From an uncultured Candidatus Rokubacteria bacterium (lineage in GTDB: Bacteria; Methylomirabilota; Methylomirabilia; Rokubacteriales; CSP1-6): a DNA stretch of 64,000 nucleotides. Shown here piece after piece: positions 44,915-56,319 of the stretch. The DNA lies in the NCBI GenBank assembly GCA_963743355.1, contig CAVUPM010000001.1, positions 1,510,451 through 1,574,450 of the forward strand. Direction: 5' to 3'. A model generated the notes under the pieces. It worked only from the letters and a program-made list of their open reading frames with translations, did not search any database and was not told where the DNA came from. The stretch's first letter is position 1. Every line of letters starts with the position of its first letter. The position numbers and the translations under genes were made by a program.

Positions 44915-46406
44915 CCAGTCTCGCCCGTGCCGCCGCCAGCAGGCGTCGGCGCACCGTCGCCGTCGCCGCCCCGGCGGCCAGCGTCGTCAGCAGCGCGGTG
45001 GCCCCCATCCAGGCGATCCGGGCGGCCGATGATAGCACCTCCGGCATCACCACCCGAGCCGTTGCCGTCAGGACGGCGACGGCCAGCATGGCCGCCCCCA
45101 CGTGGCCATACCAGCGCGCCAGCTCGCCGGTGAGCACGCGCCGGTGCATCCGCGTCATGAGGACGAGCAGGATGCTGAGGTTGAGGCCGATCCAGCCGAG
45201 CGCGGCGCCCACGCCGCCTCCGGCGAGCGCCAGCGCCACGGTCACGGGCACCATGACGACGACGGAGACGGCGTTGATCCGCGCGGCGAGCGCCGACCAT
45301 CCGAACGCGAGCTGGACGACGTGGGGCACCTGGATCAGCGCGTTCAGCACGGTGCCGACCGCCCGCAGCCCGAGCACGGGCGCGGCATGATGGACGAGCT
45401 CCGGAGCCCCCGTCCACAGGTCGAGGATCTGGTCGGGGAAGAAGACGAGCAGCCCGGCCAGCGGTAGCACGAGGACAGCGACGAGCTGGGAGAAGAAGTG
45501 ATACTCCTCGGCGATGTCCTTGCCGCCCGCGCGGTGGGCGAGCTGGCTGAATCGAGGATACACCGCGGTGGTGACGGGCTGCACGAGCTGCCCCAGCGCC
45601 GCCGCCACGCCGACCGCAACCGTGTAGTACCCGAACTGGGCGAGGGGCAGGATCGCGCTCAGGATCACCTGGTCCAACGACATGAGCGCCAAGCCGAACA
45701 CCATCGTCGCGCCGACGCCGCCCGCGAACTTGAGCGCCGGCCGGATCGTCTGGAATCGGATGCGGCCGCCGCGGGCGGCGGCCGGCAAGGACCGGCTGAG
45801 CGCCACGCTCGCCACCGCCGCCTCGAGGAAGAGGACGAGGAGCTGGGCGACGAGAAAGACCGTGATGCTGCGTTCCACAAGTAGCAGCGCGGCGACGCTG
45901 ACGAGCGCGCGGGTCGCGATCCCTCCGACCTGGATGAGGTTGGCCAGACGCTGTCGTTGCAGACCGTTGAGCCCGGCCAGCGAGAAGCCGCGCGCGACCA
46001 GCGCCGGCAGGGCGGCGCCCATGAGCGCCAGGGCGCCACGCACCTCCGCCACCGAGAGCGTCGAGAACGTGAGCCAGCGGGTGGCGATGGCCGGCGCCAC
46101 TACGGCGAACAGTCCGCCGGCGACGAGGCCTAGTCCCCAGCACGTGGCGCGGAGCGTCGCGGCCACGTCGGCGAAGCGCGCCGCCTCCGAGGGTGTGACG
46201 CGCGCGGCCTCCCGGTTCAGCGTGGCGCTGAGGCCGAGGTCGAGTGCGAGCCCCAGGACCATCACCGTCGTGAAGAGCCCGACCAGCCCGTAGGTCTCGG
46301 CCCCGAGGAGACGGAGATAGACCGGCACCACGGCGAGGAACACCGCCGTACCGAGACCGGAGCCGACGACGTTGGCGAGGATGTTGCGCGAGACGGTCGT
46401 CACGCC
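44910..46406 (-). CDS. Wzx-like polysaccharide-unit flippase (MOP superfamily)
   Basis: About 498 aa from GTG (VTTVSRNILANVVGSG). About 12-14 TM helices. The upstream portion of the 697-aa ORF is junk. Confidence 0.7.
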   Translation of the reverse strand, partial: GVTTVSRNILANVVGSGLGTAVFLAVVPVYLRLLGAETYGLVGLFTTVMVLGLALDLGLSATLNREAARVTPSEAARFADVAATLRATCWGLGLVAGGLFAVVAPAIATRWLTFSTLSVAEVRGALALMGAALPALVARGFSLAGLNGLQRQRLANLIQVGGIATRALVSVAALLLVERSITVFLVAQLLVLFLEAAVASVALSRSLPAAARGGRIRFQTIRPALKFAGGVGATMVFGLALMSLDQVILSAILPLAQFGYYTVAVGVAAALGQLVQPVTTAVYPRFSQLAHRAGGKDIAEEYHFFSQLVAVLVLPLAGLLVFFPDQILDLWTGAPELVHHAAPVLGLRAVGTVLNALIQVPHVVQLAFGWSALAARINAVSVVVMVPVTVALALAGGGVGAALGWIGLNLSILLVLMTRMHRRVLTGELARWYGHVGAAMLAVAVLTATARVVMPEVLSSAARIAWMGATALLTTLAAGAATATVRRRLLAAARARLA

Positions 46407-47068
46407 GGCTTGCGTCCGAGCACGACCGCGGCATCGTCGATGGCGTGGGCGTCGTCGTCGATGTACTCGATCTTCGCGTCGAAGCCCGCCGTGCGCAGCC
46501 GGTCGAGGATGTCCCGGCCGTACGTGCGAAACGCGAGCACCTTCCGCGTCCTCGCAGCCGGTCGTCGTGGTACTCGGGCTCGACCAGGTGAACGATGGCA
46601 CCGTCGTGCAGGCGGGCCCGTTCGAGCGTGGCGGTGGCGTCTCCGGAGCGGTACCGTGAAGACCAGGAAGCCCCCGGGGCGCAGGACGCGGTGAATTTCG
46701 GCGAAGGCGCGGCGATCGTCGGGGACGTGCTCGAAGACCTCCGTGCTGGTGACGAGGTCGAACGTGGCGTCGCCGTAGGTGAGGCCCTGAACGTCCTGGC
46801 ACTGGACGCCGTCGCGGAACCGCCCCGCCTCCATGCCGTCGAACAGCTCGGACACGGTGACGCGGGAGAAGGTCCGCCGCAGGTGGTGGCAGAGCGCCCC
46901 GCGCGAGGACAGCTCGTAGACGTGCGTACCCCGACCGAGCCGGAGCCGCTGCAGGACGCGGCCGACGGCGCGGTGGCGGAACGTCGACAGGCATCGCACG
47001 CACCGCCGTCCCGCCGGACCCGGGTGAAGGCGGAGGATGGGGAAGCCACAGAGATTACAGGTCGGCAC
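46400..47068 (-). CDS. Zn-ribbon class I SAM-dependent methyltransferase. Two compensating frameshifts at about 46540-46640 scramble roughly 35 internal residues.
   Basis: CNLCGF...CVRC N-terminus, FEHVPDD motif, C-terminus VLAFRTYGRDILDRL. The mid-section is better read in the alternate frame (LHDGAIVHLVEPEYHDD). Confidence 0.6.
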   Translation of the reverse strand: MPTCNLCGFPILRLHPGPAGRRCVRCLSTFRHRAVGRVLQRLRLGRGTHVYELSSRGALCHHLRRTFSRVTVSELFDGMEAGRFRDGVQCQDVQGLTYGDATFDLVTSTEVFEHVPDDRRAFAEIHRVLRPGGFLVFTVPLRRRHRHARTGPPARRCHRSPGRARVPRRPAARTRKVLAFRTYGRDILDRLRTAGFDAKIEYIDDDAHAIDDAAVVLGRKPA

Positions 47069-48332
47069 GCGGCATCCGGGCGGCGTCGATGATTCGCGGC
47101 GTCGGCACCGGCACGATGAAGGCCCCGCCCTTGCGCAGATAGTCGGCCTGCTGGGCGACGATCTCGTCGGCCAGGTTCCAGGGCAGCAGCAGCGTGAAGT
47201 CCGGCATCTCGCGCGCGAGATCCTCGGGCGGCCGGATCGGCACCCGCACGCCCGGGATCAGGCGGCCCTGCTTGTGCGGGCTGCGGTCCACGGTGAACTC
47301 GAGCAGGTCGGTCCCGATGCCGCACGCGTTGAGCAGCACGGTGGCCTTGGCCGGCGCTCCGTAGGCGGCCAGCCGCCGGCCCTCGCCGCGAAGCTTCCGA
47401 AGCATTTGCAGGAGATCGTGGCACAGCGTGGCAACCTCGCGGTTGAAGCTGCGGTAGCGCGCGGCACTGGTCAGGCCGGCGGCCGCCTCGTCGCGGCGCA
47501 GCCGCTCCACGGCGGACGCGACGGGGCGGGCGCCGGCGTGCTGGACGAAGATGCGCAGCGATTCGCCGTGCACCGGCTGGAGATCCACGTCGAAGATCTC
47601 GAGGCGCGCCCGCGCCGCCAGTCCGGCCACGGCCGCCAGCGAGTAGTAGAAGACGTGCTCGTGGTAGATCGTGTCGAACGCGGTCCGCTCGAGCGTGTCG
47701 CCGAGGTACGGGAACTCGAAGACGGCGGCGCCGTCCAGCGTCAGGCAGGCCGCGACGGCGTCGAAGAATCCGTTGATGGCCGGCACGTGGGCGAGCACGT
47801 TGTTACCGACGATCACCTCCGCCCGGCCGAAGCTGCCGACGATCTCCTCCACGGCCTCGGGGCCGAAGAAGCGGGTCAGCGTGGGAATGCCACGCGCCGT
47901 GGCCACGGCCGCCACGTTGCGGGCGGGCTCCACGCCGAGCACCGGCACACCGCGGGCCTGGAAGAACTGCAGCAGGTACCCGTCGTTGCTGGCGATCTCC
48001 AGCACGCGCCGCGTGGACGAGAGCGCGAAGCGCTCGATCAGCGTGTCGGCCATGGCCCGCGCGTGGGCGAGGGAGTGATCGGAGAAGGACGTGAAGTAGA
48101 GGTACTCGCCGAACAGGGCCTCGGGCGGCGCGGTCTCGGTCAGCTGGACGAGGTGGCAGCCGGCGCAGTAGGCGACGGCGAGCGGGAAGCGCGGCTCCGG
48201 CCGCGCGGTGTCCTCGGGCCGCACGAGCGCATTGGCCAGCGGCTGCGCGCCGAGATCGAGGAACGGGTCGGCGAGGGCGGCGGCGCAGCCGAGGCAGGCG
48301 CGCCCGCTCACGACTCCTGCGCGGCCTGCCAT
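47055..48332 (-). CDS. NDP-sugar C-methyltransferase (TcaB9-like), copy 2, intact
   Basis: About 425 aa. Zn ribbon (CLGC...CAGC), SAM motif (VLEIASNDGY) and a C-terminal Methyltransf_14-like domain. The start is ATG 48332, or a GTG near 48311 overlapping the rfbG stop. Confidence 0.8.
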   Translation of the reverse strand: MAGRAGVVSGRACLGCAAALADPFLDLGAQPLANALVRPEDTARPEPRFPLAVAYCAGCHLVQLTETAPPEALFGEYLYFTSFSDHSLAHARAMADTLIERFALSSTRRVLEIASNDGYLLQFFQARGVPVLGVEPARNVAAVATARGIPTLTRFFGPEAVEEIVGSFGRAEVIVGNNVLAHVPAINGFFDAVAACLTLDGAAVFEFPYLGDTLERTAFDTIYHEHVFYYSLAAVAGLAARARLEIFDVDLQPVHGESLRIFVQHAGARPVASAVERLRRDEAAAGLTSAARYRSFNREVATLCHDLLQMLRKLRGEGRRLAAYGAPAKATVLLNACGIGTDLLEFTVDRSPHKQGRLIPGVRVPIRPPEDLAREMPDFTLLLPWNLADEIVAQQADYLRKGGAFIVPVPTPRIIDAARMPRADL

Positions 48333-49390
48333 CGCCGCTGGTAGCGCCGGACCTGCTCCACGCTGAGGTCGTACATGGCCCGCTCGGAGGCCGCCCCGGC
48401 AGCGGCGCGATACCAGCCAACGGTGAGCTCCACCGCTTCCTTGATCGTGAGCCCCGGCTGCCAGCCCAGGCGCGTGCGCGCCCTGCTCCAGTCCAGGCGC
48501 AGGAGGCCGGCCTCGGGCGGCGCGTCGCCCTCCGGCTTCGACTCCCAGCGCGCGCCGTCCCACTGGCCGACGATCAGATCGGCGAGCGTGGCCACGGAGA
48601 CGGCGTCGGCGGCGTGCGGGCCGAAGTTCCAGGCGCCCGCGAACGCCGCGCTGCCCGCCAGGCGCTCGGCAAGGCGCAGGTAGCCGCCGAGCGGCTCCAG
48701 GACGTGCTCCCAGGGACGGATCGCCGCCGCGTTCCGCACGCGGATCGGCTCGCCCCGCCCGAGCGCGCGCATCGCGTCCGGCACCAGCCGGTCGGGCGCC
48801 CAGTCGCCGCCGCCGATGACGTTGCCGGCGCGCACGGTCGCCACCCGCGGTCCGGCGGCCGCGAAGAACGAGCGACGGTAGGCGGCGGTGATCAGCTCGG
48901 CGGCGGCCTTGCTGGCGCTGTACGGATCGTGGCCCCCGAGCGGATCGTCCTCGCGGTAGCCCTCGAGGCGTTCGACGTTCTCGTAGCACTTGTCGCTGGT
49001 GACCACGACGACGGCCTCGACGGAGGGGGTGTGGCGGACCGCCTCCAGCAGTGTCGCCGTGCCCAGCACGTTGACCGAGATCGTCTCCAGCGGCGCCTTG
49101 TAGGACAGGCGCACGATCGGCTGGGCGGCCAGGTGGAACACGACGCGCGGCTGCGCCGCCGCCAGGGCCGCCTGCAGGGCGGCGGCGTCGCGCACGTCGG
49201 CGAAGCGCGTGGTCAGGCGCTCGGCGAGGCCGCAGCGGGCGTAGTACGACGGCGTGGTGGGCGGGGTCAGGCCGTAGCCGGTGACGCGGGCGCCGAGATC
49301 CAGCAGCCACGTCGCCAGCCACCCGCCCTTGAAGCCGGTGTGCCCGGTGACGAAGACGGACCGGTCACGCCAGAACTCACGCGCGACCAT
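48308..49390 (-). CDS. rfbG: CDP-glucose 4,6-dehydratase
   Basis: 360 aa. VFVTGHTGFKGGWL Rossmann motif and YSASKAA catalytic motif. Short-chain dehydrogenase extended family. Confidence 0.88.
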   Translation of the reverse strand: MVAREFWRDRSVFVTGHTGFKGGWLATWLLDLGARVTGYGLTPPTTPSYYARCGLAERLTTRFADVRDAAALQAALAAAQPRVVFHLAAQPIVRLSYKAPLETISVNVLGTATLLEAVRHTPSVEAVVVVTSDKCYENVERLEGYREDDPLGGHDPYSASKAAAELITAAYRRSFFAAAGPRVATVRAGNVIGGGDWAPDRLVPDAMRALGRGEPIRVRNAAAIRPWEHVLEPLGGYLRLAERLAGSAAFAGAWNFGPHAADAVSVATLADLIVGQWDGARWESKPEGDAPPEAGLLRLDWSRARTRLGWQPGLTIKEAVELTVGWYRAAAGAASERAMYDLSVEQVRRYQRRWQAAQES

Positions 49391-49393
49391 CGG

Positions 49394-50167
49394 TCACCGC
49401 CACACGGCCCAGGCGGCCTTGTCCTGCCGCCACATCTCGTTCAGGAGGTCCATCTCGCGGGGTGTGTCCATGCACTGCCAGAAGCCGTGGTGCTGATAGA
49501 CGGCGAGCTGCTTCATGCCGGTGAGCTTCATCAAGAGCGACTGCTCCAGGTTCTCCTCGTCACCAGAGATGAGATCGAGCACCCCGCGTTCGAACACGAA
49601 GAAGCCGCCGTTGATCCAGCCCCCGTGGACCTGCGGTTTCTCCTGAAACACCTGGACCATGTTGTTGTCGATCACGACCTCGCCGAAGCGCGAGGAGGGA
49701 CGCACGGCGGTGAGGGTGGCCAGCTTGCCGTGATGGCGATGGAAGGCCACCAGCTGGTCGAGATCGACGTCGGCGACGCCGTCGCCGTACGTCACCATGA
49801 ATTGCGGGCCGTCGAGATAGCGCGCGACCCGGCCGAGCCGGCCCGCCGTGAGCGTCGCCTCGCCGGTCTCGGCCAGCGTCACCCGCCAGCCCGCCTCGCC
49901 GTGCGGCGTGTGCACCTGGATCTCGGGCGAGCCGAGCGTGACGGTCACGTCGCGGTGGCGGACCTCGTAGTTCAGGAAGTAGTCGCGGATGACGTCGCCC
50001 CGGTAGCCCAGGCAGATCACGAAGTCGCGGTGGCCGTAGTGGGCGTAGGTCTTCATGATGTGCCAGAGGATGGGACGGGCGCCGATCGCCACCATGGGCT
50101 TGGGACGGAACTCCGTCTCCTCCCGCAGCCGAGTGCCCAGCCCTCCGGCGAGAAGCACGACTTTCAT
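49394..50167 (-). CDS. rfbF: glucose-1-phosphate cytidylyltransferase
   Basis: 257 aa. MKVVLLAGGLGTRLREETEFRPKPMV is canonical. Confidence 0.92.
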   Translation of the reverse strand: MKVVLLAGGLGTRLREETEFRPKPMVAIGARPILWHIMKTYAHYGHRDFVICLGYRGDVIRDYFLNYEVRHRDVTVTLGSPEIQVHTPHGEAGWRVTLAETGEATLTAGRLGRVARYLDGPQFMVTYGDGVADVDLDQLVAFHRHHGKLATLTAVRPSSRFGEVVIDNNMVQVFQEKPQVHGGWINGGFFVFERGVLDLISGDEENLEQSLLMKLTGMKQLAVYQHHGFWQCMDTPREMDLLNEMWRQDKAAWAVWR

Positions 50168-50211
50168 GAGGGGTCCTTCGACTATAGTAAGTGTGGCGCG
50201 CGATCTGTCGG

Positions 50212-51384
50212 ATGAACATTCTCTGGGTCAGCCCGTTCCTGCCGAAGCCCGACGCGCCGCATGCGGGCGGTCGGGCGCTCGCCCAGTGGGTTCAGTGGAC
50301 CGCCGAGCGCCATCGTGTCACCCTCCTGTGCCGGATCGAGCCGGCCGAGCGTGCCGACGCCGAGGCGTGGCGGCCGCGCCTGGCCAGCCTGCACCTGCAG
50401 GAGTTCGAGCGGCCGACCGGCGCGCTGGCCACGGGCCGCATCGCCACCTCGTACCTGCGCCTGGGGCGCGCGGCCAACCGGCTGCTCGGGGCCGGGGGCT
50501 TCGACCTCCTCCACGTCGAATATCTGGAGACCGGCCTCGGGATCGACGCGACCCTGCCGGTGCCGAAGCTGGCGGTGGCGATCGACGAGCTGGCCCGGCC
50601 CGCGCGCCATCGCCTGCGCTTGGCCCGCGACCCCGGCGCCCGCCTTGGCGCCTGGCTGTACCTGCAGGCCATCGGTCGCGTGCAGCGGCGCGTCTGCCGC
50701 AAGTTCGATCGCATCCTGACGCTGTCGGAGCACGACCGCCGCACGCTGCTGGCAACCGATCCGCGCCTGTCGGTGGGCGTGCTGCCGTTCCCGATGGGCA
50801 TTGACCCCGCGCGGGCTGCGGTCGCCACGCGGGACGACGCCGGCCTGCTCTTCGTCGGGGCCATGCATCGCGACGCGAATGTAGACGCCGTCCGCCACTT
50901 CTGCCGGGAGATCCTGCCGAGGATCCGCGTCGACACGCCCGCAGTGACGTTCACGATTGCCGGCGGCGAGCCGCCATCCGAGGTGCAGCGGCTGGAGGCC
51001 GAGAAGGCCGTGCGGGTCACCGGCTTCGTCGCTGCGCTGGAGCCGTACTACGGCCGAGCGACCGTGTTCGTGGCGCCGTTGCGGATCGCGGGCGGCATCG
51101 CCGGCAAGACGCTCGACGCCCTCGCGGCCGGCTGTGCGGTCGTGACGACGACGATCGGCAACGACGGTCTCGGCGCCACGCCCGGCGTGCACCTGCTGGT
51201 AGCCGACACGCCCACGGACTTCGCGGCGGCGGTGGTGCGGCTGCTCCACGACCCCGGGCGGCGGCGCCGGATGGGCGACGCCGCCCGGCAGTTTGCCGCC
51301 GAGCGCTTCGGTCCTGCCGTGAGTGCGGCCGCCCTCGAGCGCGAGCACGCCGCGGTGGCCGGAGCACCCGCTCCGCGCCAGTGA
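50212..51384 (+). CDS. glycosyltransferase family 4 (GT-B)
   Basis: Start at MNILWVSPFLP. C-terminal EPPSE...VAPLRIAGGIAGKTLDALAAGCAVV GT1 motif. Divergent from rfbF. Confidence 0.8.
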   Translation: MNILWVSPFLPKPDAPHAGGRALAQWVQWTAERHRVTLLCRIEPAERADAEAWRPRLASLHLQEFERPTGALATGRIATSYLRLGRAANRLLGAGGFDLLHVEYLETGLGIDATLPVPKLAVAIDELARPARHRLRLARDPGARLGAWLYLQAIGRVQRRVCRKFDRILTLSEHDRRTLLATDPRLSVGVLPFPMGIDPARAAVATRDDAGLLFVGAMHRDANVDAVRHFCREILPRIRVDTPAVTFTIAGGEPPSEVQRLEAEKAVRVTGFVAALEPYYGRATVFVAPLRIAGGIAGKTLDALAAGCAVVTTTIGNDGLGATPGVHLLVADTPTDFAAAVVRLLHDPGRRRRMGDAARQFAAERFGPAVSAAALEREHAAVAGAPAPRQ

Positions 51385-51442
51385 ACGAATGGCAGGGCCG
51401 AGGAGCACCCCGGCTTGGCCGGGGCGTGACGAGCGGTGGGGT

Positions 51443-51466
51443 GTGGGGGCCATCGCGGCCCCCCAC
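51443..51466. terminator. GC hairpin GTGGGGGCC-ATCGC-GGCCCCCCAC between the convergent GT4 and GT2 genes
   Basis: Direct reading. Abuts the GT2 stop codon. Confidence 0.45.
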
Positions 51467-52528
51467 CTACCAAAAAACCAGGCGCCTGACCACGCTCCAG
51501 TAGGTCGCGAACGCCGGATCGAGCACCCAGCGCACGGCCGCGGACGCGACCGGCCCGAACGCGAACCGGGAGGAGAGGAACGGCGCGAGTTCACAATCGC
51601 GCCGCCGCCGCAGCGCCTGCACCGCGCGGCGCTTGGCGGCGAGGTAGCGCCACGACGCGGGGCGCATGAAGAAGCCGTACACGGCCAGTCGCTCGAGGAG
51701 CCATCCGTTGCGGGCGGCGTAGAGCATGCCCACCGGCTCGAACGCCAGCAGGGCGGGCGCCAGCACCGCCAGCGTCGCCGCCCGATAGTGCGTGAGCACG
51801 TTGATCAGGCGGTTGCGCTCGACGTAGTGCCACTTCCGCTTCCACGCCAGACGCGCGAAGTCGTAGTCGTGGTGCACGACGGCGTCCGGCGCCAGCAGCG
51901 CGTCCCAGCCGGCCAGGCGCAGGCGCCAGCCGAGATCGGAGTCCTCGTGGTACATGAACAGCGCCGGGTCGAACGTCCCGACCTCGCGCAGGGCGCGGGC
52001 CCGGTAGAGCACGCCGGCGCCGCTCGCGTAGGCGATCGGCCGGACGTCGAGCGGGCGGTCGGGCTCGCCGTCGCCGCCCACGAATCCCACGCCGAGGTAG
52101 TGCAGCTCGTTGCCGCGCGAGTGGATGACGACACGGCCGTCGGGCTCGCGTCGCAGGAGCTTGGGCTGCACGGCGCCGGCGGTGGGATGGGCCTCCGCGA
52201 CGTCCACCAGCGCGCGCAGAACGTCGGGCCCGAGGTGCGTGTCCTGGGTGACGATCACCACGTAGTCCGCACCGGCGGCCAGCGCTTCGTTCATGCCGAG
52301 CGCGTTGCCGCCCGCGTAGCCGGTATTGTCCCCCGGCACCAGCACCTGCACGCCGGGCGCCTGCTCACCGAACCAGCGGGCCGCGGCCCGGTCCGGCCCG
52401 TTCTCGACGACGATCAACCGCCAGCGCTCGGGCGGATAGCGCTGGGCGCGCAGGCTCGCCCACAGCCGCTCGAGGTGGGTGGTGCCGTAGAAGGTGACGA
52501 GGACGACGGCGACCGCGGGCGCGGTCAC
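51467..52528 (-). CDS. glycosyltransferase family 2
   Basis: 353 aa. VVLVTFYGTTHLERLWASL...VVENGPD and internal DSD/ED motifs. Confidence 0.8.
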   Translation of the reverse strand: MTAPAVAVVLVTFYGTTHLERLWASLRAQRYPPERWRLIVVENGPDRAAARWFGEQAPGVQVLVPGDNTGYAGGNALGMNEALAAGADYVVIVTQDTHLGPDVLRALVDVAEAHPTAGAVQPKLLRREPDGRVVIHSRGNELHYLGVGFVGGDGEPDRPLDVRPIAYASGAGVLYRARALREVGTFDPALFMYHEDSDLGWRLRLAGWDALLAPDAVVHHDYDFARLAWKRKWHYVERNRLINVLTHYRAATLAVLAPALLAFEPVGMLYAARNGWLLERLAVYGFFMRPASWRYLAAKRRAVQALRRRRDCELAPFLSSRFAFGPVASAAVRWVLDPAFATYWSVVRRLVFW

Positions 52529-52538
52529 GCCGGGCGGC

Positions 52539-53048
52539 TCACGGCGTGGCGGCGGCGCCCAGCTCGGCGGCTTCCAGCTCGCTCACGATCCTGACGCCAT
52601 CGCCGGCGCGCAGGCGACCCTCGGCCAGCACGCGCGCGTACACGCGGCTCCAGCCGGGATGACGCTTCTGCGAGACACGACCGAACTCGCGGCCGGCGAA
52701 TATCGGCGCGATCTTGAAGCAGGGGCTCGTGTACCGCGTCACCTGCAGCAGCACGCGCTCGCCGAGGAGCAGGTAGGCCTCCGGCACCACCTGCGCCCAG
52801 TCGACGCCCTCGGTGGTGATGTTCTCGCCGATCGCGCCGGGCGTGATCGCGTGGCCCTCGGCCGCCAGGGCCCGGATCGCCTCCACCGAGAACAGGCACA
52901 CGGCGCGCTCGGGGCCCCCGTGGTGCTCCTCGTCGCGATGGGCGTCGTCCTCGAGGCCGAGCCGGGTCACGCGCGCCTCCGCGACCGCGCGCTTGGGGAC
53001 GCCGCCGGTGGAGACGCTCAGCTGAACGATCCGGCCGGTGGTGGCCAT
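52539..53048 (-). CDS. MOSC domain-containing protein
   Basis: About 170 aa from MATTGRIVQLSVSTGG. GENITTEG MOSC motif. Confidence 0.7.
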   Translation of the reverse strand: MATTGRIVQLSVSTGGVPKRAVAEARVTRLGLEDDAHRDEEHHGGPERAVCLFSVEAIRALAAEGHAITPGAIGENITTEGVDWAQVVPEAYLLLGERVLLQVTRYTSPCFKIAPIFAGREFGRVSQKRHPGWSRVYARVLAEGRLRAGDGVRIVSELEAAELGAAATP

Positions 53049-53050
53049 GC

Positions 53051-53515
53051 TCAGGCGCCCTCGCGGCGGATCATGCGCTGGATCGTCGCCTCCAGCACGA
53101 TCTCGTCGCGCTGGTTCAGCACGCGGTGCTTGTAGGTGACGATGCCGCGATCGGTCTTCTTCGTCTCGCGCTTGTCGGCCACCTCGACCTCGACCCGGAT
53201 CGTATCGCCCTCCAGCACCGGAGCCACGATGCGCAGCTCGCCGCCGAGCCAGGCCATGCCGGTGCCGTGGATGAGCCCCGTCTGCATGACGAGGCCCTCG
53301 CTCAGCGAGAACGTCAGCGCCCCCGGGGCGGCCCGACGGCCGAAGACCGACTCCCGCTTGACGTACTCCATGTCCAGGAACAGCGGCTCGGTGAAGCCGC
53401 ACTGGTTGACGAAGTTCACGATGTCGGTCTCCGACACCGTCCGGGCCAGCGTGCGATAGACGTCGCCGACCCCGTGCTTCTCGAAGGTGACTCCGTGGGT
53501 GTGCATTCGTGCCAT
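53051..53515 (-). CDS. MaoC-like (R)-specific enoyl-CoA hydratase / hotdog-fold dehydratase
   Basis: 154 aa. FVNQCGFTEPLF...MAWLGGELRIVAPV. Confidence 0.8.
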   Translation of the reverse strand: MARMHTHGVTFEKHGVGDVYRTLARTVSETDIVNFVNQCGFTEPLFLDMEYVKRESVFGRRAAPGALTFSLSEGLVMQTGLIHGTGMAWLGGELRIVAPVLEGDTIRVEVEVADKRETKKTDRGIVTYKHRVLNQRDEIVLEATIQRMIRREGA

Positions 53516-53522
53516 TCCTCTC

Positions 53523-53555
53523 TTGATAGGGGGGAGCGATCGCCGCTCCCCCCTA
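53523..53555. terminator. 12-bp-stem GC hairpin TAGGGGGGAGCG-ATCG-CGCTCCCCCCTA downstream of livF
   Basis: Direct reading. Confidence 0.4.
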
Positions 53556-53610
53556 GGCCCCCCAGCGGGGACCCGCGAGGTTGTTCCGGTCCCGTTCGAC
53601 CCCGACGTTG

Positions 53611-55086
<1,476 letters not shown>

Positions 55087-55090
<4 letters not shown>

Positions 55091-56319
55091 GGCTTCACGC
55101 CCGCCACCGCCACCTGCTCTTTCTGCGCCTGGGCCAGCTCCCGCTGCCGCCGGCGGGCCGGGAAGATGCCCTGCGGCCGGAAGATCATCATGAGGACGAG
55201 GATGATGCCGAAGACCATCCGCTCGTACTTGGCCGGCTCGAGCTGGGTCGGGAGATTGGCCAGGCTGTAGCCCAGCACGGTGACGCCGGCGTTCTTCAGT
55301 TCGTTGAGCCACAGGGAGAAGCCCTTGAGCACCTGGAGATTCAGCACGGTGACGACGGTGGCGCCGACCACCGCGCCCGGGATCGAGCCCATCCCGCCCA
55401 GGATGACCATGGCGAGGACGCCGATCGATTCGAGGAACGTGAACGACTCCGGATTGATGAAGATCTGCTTGGCCGAGAACACCACGCCCATGACGCCGGC
55501 GAACGACGCGCCGCAGGCGAAGGCCAGGAGCTTGGCCCGCACCAGTGGCACTCCCATCGCCTGGGCCGCCACCTCGTCCTCCCGGATCGCCTCCCACGCC
55601 CGCCCGATGTGCGAGTCCTCCAGTCGCCGGTTGACGATGATCACGACCACGACGATCAGCAATACCAGGAAGTAGAACGCCTCGGAGTAGGGGATGCCGA
55701 ACGGCAGCGGGGGGCGGCCGATCGGCGTGATGCCCTTGGGGCCGTTCGTGAGGTTGATAGGCTTGTCGAGGTTGTTGGCCAGCACCCGGATCACCTCGCC
55801 GAAGCCGAGCGTGACGATGGCGAGGTAGTCACCGCGCAGGCGCAGTACCGGCAGCCCGAGCAGCACCCCGGTGAGCGCAGCCACCCCCAGGCCGACGAAC
55901 AGGAACACGTAGAACCAGCCCGGCGCCAGCGGGAAGCCGCCGCCGAAGATCAGGTTGGCGTGGGGCGAGCCGACGATCGCCCACGAGTACGCGCCGACGG
56001 CGAAGAACGCCACGTAGCCGAGGTCGAGCAAGCCCGCCAGGCCCACGACGATGTTCAGCCCGAGCGCCAGCGCCGCGAAGATTCCGACCTGGGTGGCGAC
56101 CTCCAGGTAGTACCCGTTGAAGTAGCCGATCAGCGGCATGAGGACGACCAGCGCCAGGCCGAGGAGACTCCAGCGCAGCCAGCCGGGGATGCGGGGGGCG
56201 GCGTACACGAACAGCATCGAGCCCTGGAAGGCGAGGAAGACGAGGATGGACCGCGGGAAGACGGCGACCAGGGCGACCGACAGGGCGACCGCCGCCACCC
56301 CGGCCACCGCGTGGATCAT
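55087..56319 (-). CDS. livM: branched-chain amino-acid ABC transporter permease LivM
   Basis: About 410 aa from MIHAVAGVAAV. ATG overlaps the livH stop (ATGA). Confidence 0.85.
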
